Both the position numbers and the translations under genes were made by a program. From Candidatus Omnitrophota bacterium (GTDB lineage Bacteria; Omnitrophota; Gorgyraeia; Duberdicusellales; 4484-171), in the NCBI GenBank assembly GCA_021735045.1, contig JAIPHU010000011.1:1-32000 (forward strand): a stretch of DNA of 32,000 bases. Reading direction: 5' to 3'. Of the stretch, positions 31,571-32,000 are shown in pieces; positions within the stretch are counted from its first letter, which is position 1; the number at the start of each line of letters is the position of its first letter. The notes under the pieces were generated by a model. It saw nothing but the letters and a program-made list of their open reading frames with translations. It searched no databases and had not been told where the DNA came from.

Positions 31571-32000
31571 ATGAAAGTATTATTTGTAACCCCTAAAACT
31601 GGAGCTTGGGCAACTCATGGAAAGCATCTAGGCCCTAACCAACTTTATGCCCAGTGGGCAGCATTTATCAGAGAGAAAGGCTTTAAAGATTTAGAAGTAC
31701 TTGATTGCCGGGCCCACCAGATAGAGATGGATGAGATGCTTGAGGTGATAAAAGAAAAAAATCCAGAAGTAGTAGTAATTGGGGATATGCTTCATTCCTA
31801 TGGAGGATTTGGAATTATTCACTATTTTTTAAAAACAGCCGAAGGGATAAAAAAGATTTTACCTAATACTAAAATAATCTTTGGAGGGCTTTGGTTTTCA
31901 TCGATGCCTAAATATTCTTTGGAAAAATATCCTTTTATTGACTATGTAGTTATGGCTGAAGAAGAAGCGTTTTTTGATTTGCTATCTTCTCTAGAAAAAA
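31571..32000 (+). CDS. B12-binding-domain radical SAM protein, N-terminal fragment (CDS continues beyond the window)
   Basis: Not in the ORF track because no stop is reached. My translation: MKVLFVTPKTGAWATHGKHLGPNQLYAQWAAFIREKGFKDLEVLDCRAHQ...NPEVVVIGDM...TKIIFGGLWFSSMPKYSLEKYPFIDYVVMAEEEAFFDLL. This matches the layout of the class B radical SAM cobalamin-binding domain. SD aaaggagg at 31557-31564. The CxxxCxxC motif would lie outside the window. Confidence 0.55.
   Translation, partial: MKVLFVTPKTGAWATHGKHLGPNQLYAQWAAFIREKGFKDLEVLDCRAHQIEMDEMLEVIKEKNPEVVVIGDMLHSYGGFGIIHYFLKTAEGIKKILPNTKIIFGGLWFSSMPKYSLEKYPFIDYVVMAEEEAFFDLLSSLEK

Overview
This is an AT-rich bacterial chromosomal window, about one-third G+C by eye. 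Lineage cannot be assigned without a database search. All 33 supportable CDS are on the + strand, and many have short start/stop overlaps.

Positions 1 to 20.2 kb are housekeeping genes. In order they are a NIF3-like protein, dnaG-rpoD, gatC-gatA-gatB, an S41 C-terminal processing protease, tsaD and an MgtC-family protein. Next come a bactofilin-HTH fusion with an HTH membrane protein, a tRNA-binding protein, a YjbQ-like protein and a DnaQ-like exonuclease. The block ends with an Lrp/AsnC regulator plus class I/II aminotransferase, a transglutaminase-like lipoprotein coupled to a PilZ/coiled-coil protein, and era.

From about 20.2 kb the content looks accessory. A nitroreductase is bracketed by two versions of one structured repeat. 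Downstream, a sigma70-like promoter overlapped by a perfect 22-bp palindrome heads a co-directional type II polyketide synthase cluster. Its genes are an acyl-CoA ligase, PNP-like, PCP_red-like, ketopantoate-reductase-like and tandem TIGR04076-like proteins, KSalpha, an atypical CLF, ACP, a PF04199-type cyclase, an SRPBCC aromatase/cyclase, MFS, an SDR ketoreductase and a B12-binding radical SAM. The cluster runs off the 3' edge of the window.

A second layer is not explained by the genes. Twelve of the 14 intergenic gaps of at least 75 bp are filled by imperfect palindromes, and in most of them the arms are tandem short words (heptamers or about 10-mers). Two sequence families recur. One is a 31-bp acgaat core present three times in the housekeeping part. 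The other is a gacgcgaaagaacgcgaat / attagcgtttattcgcgtt element present four times between PKS genes. It always sits in the same reading phase relative to the upstream gene, and in three copies it supplies that gene's stop codon and an ERE-containing tail (KDAKERE in two).

No rRNA, tRNA, CRISPR array, transposase or integrase was recognised. All protein calls rest on motif recognition by eye, not on searches.
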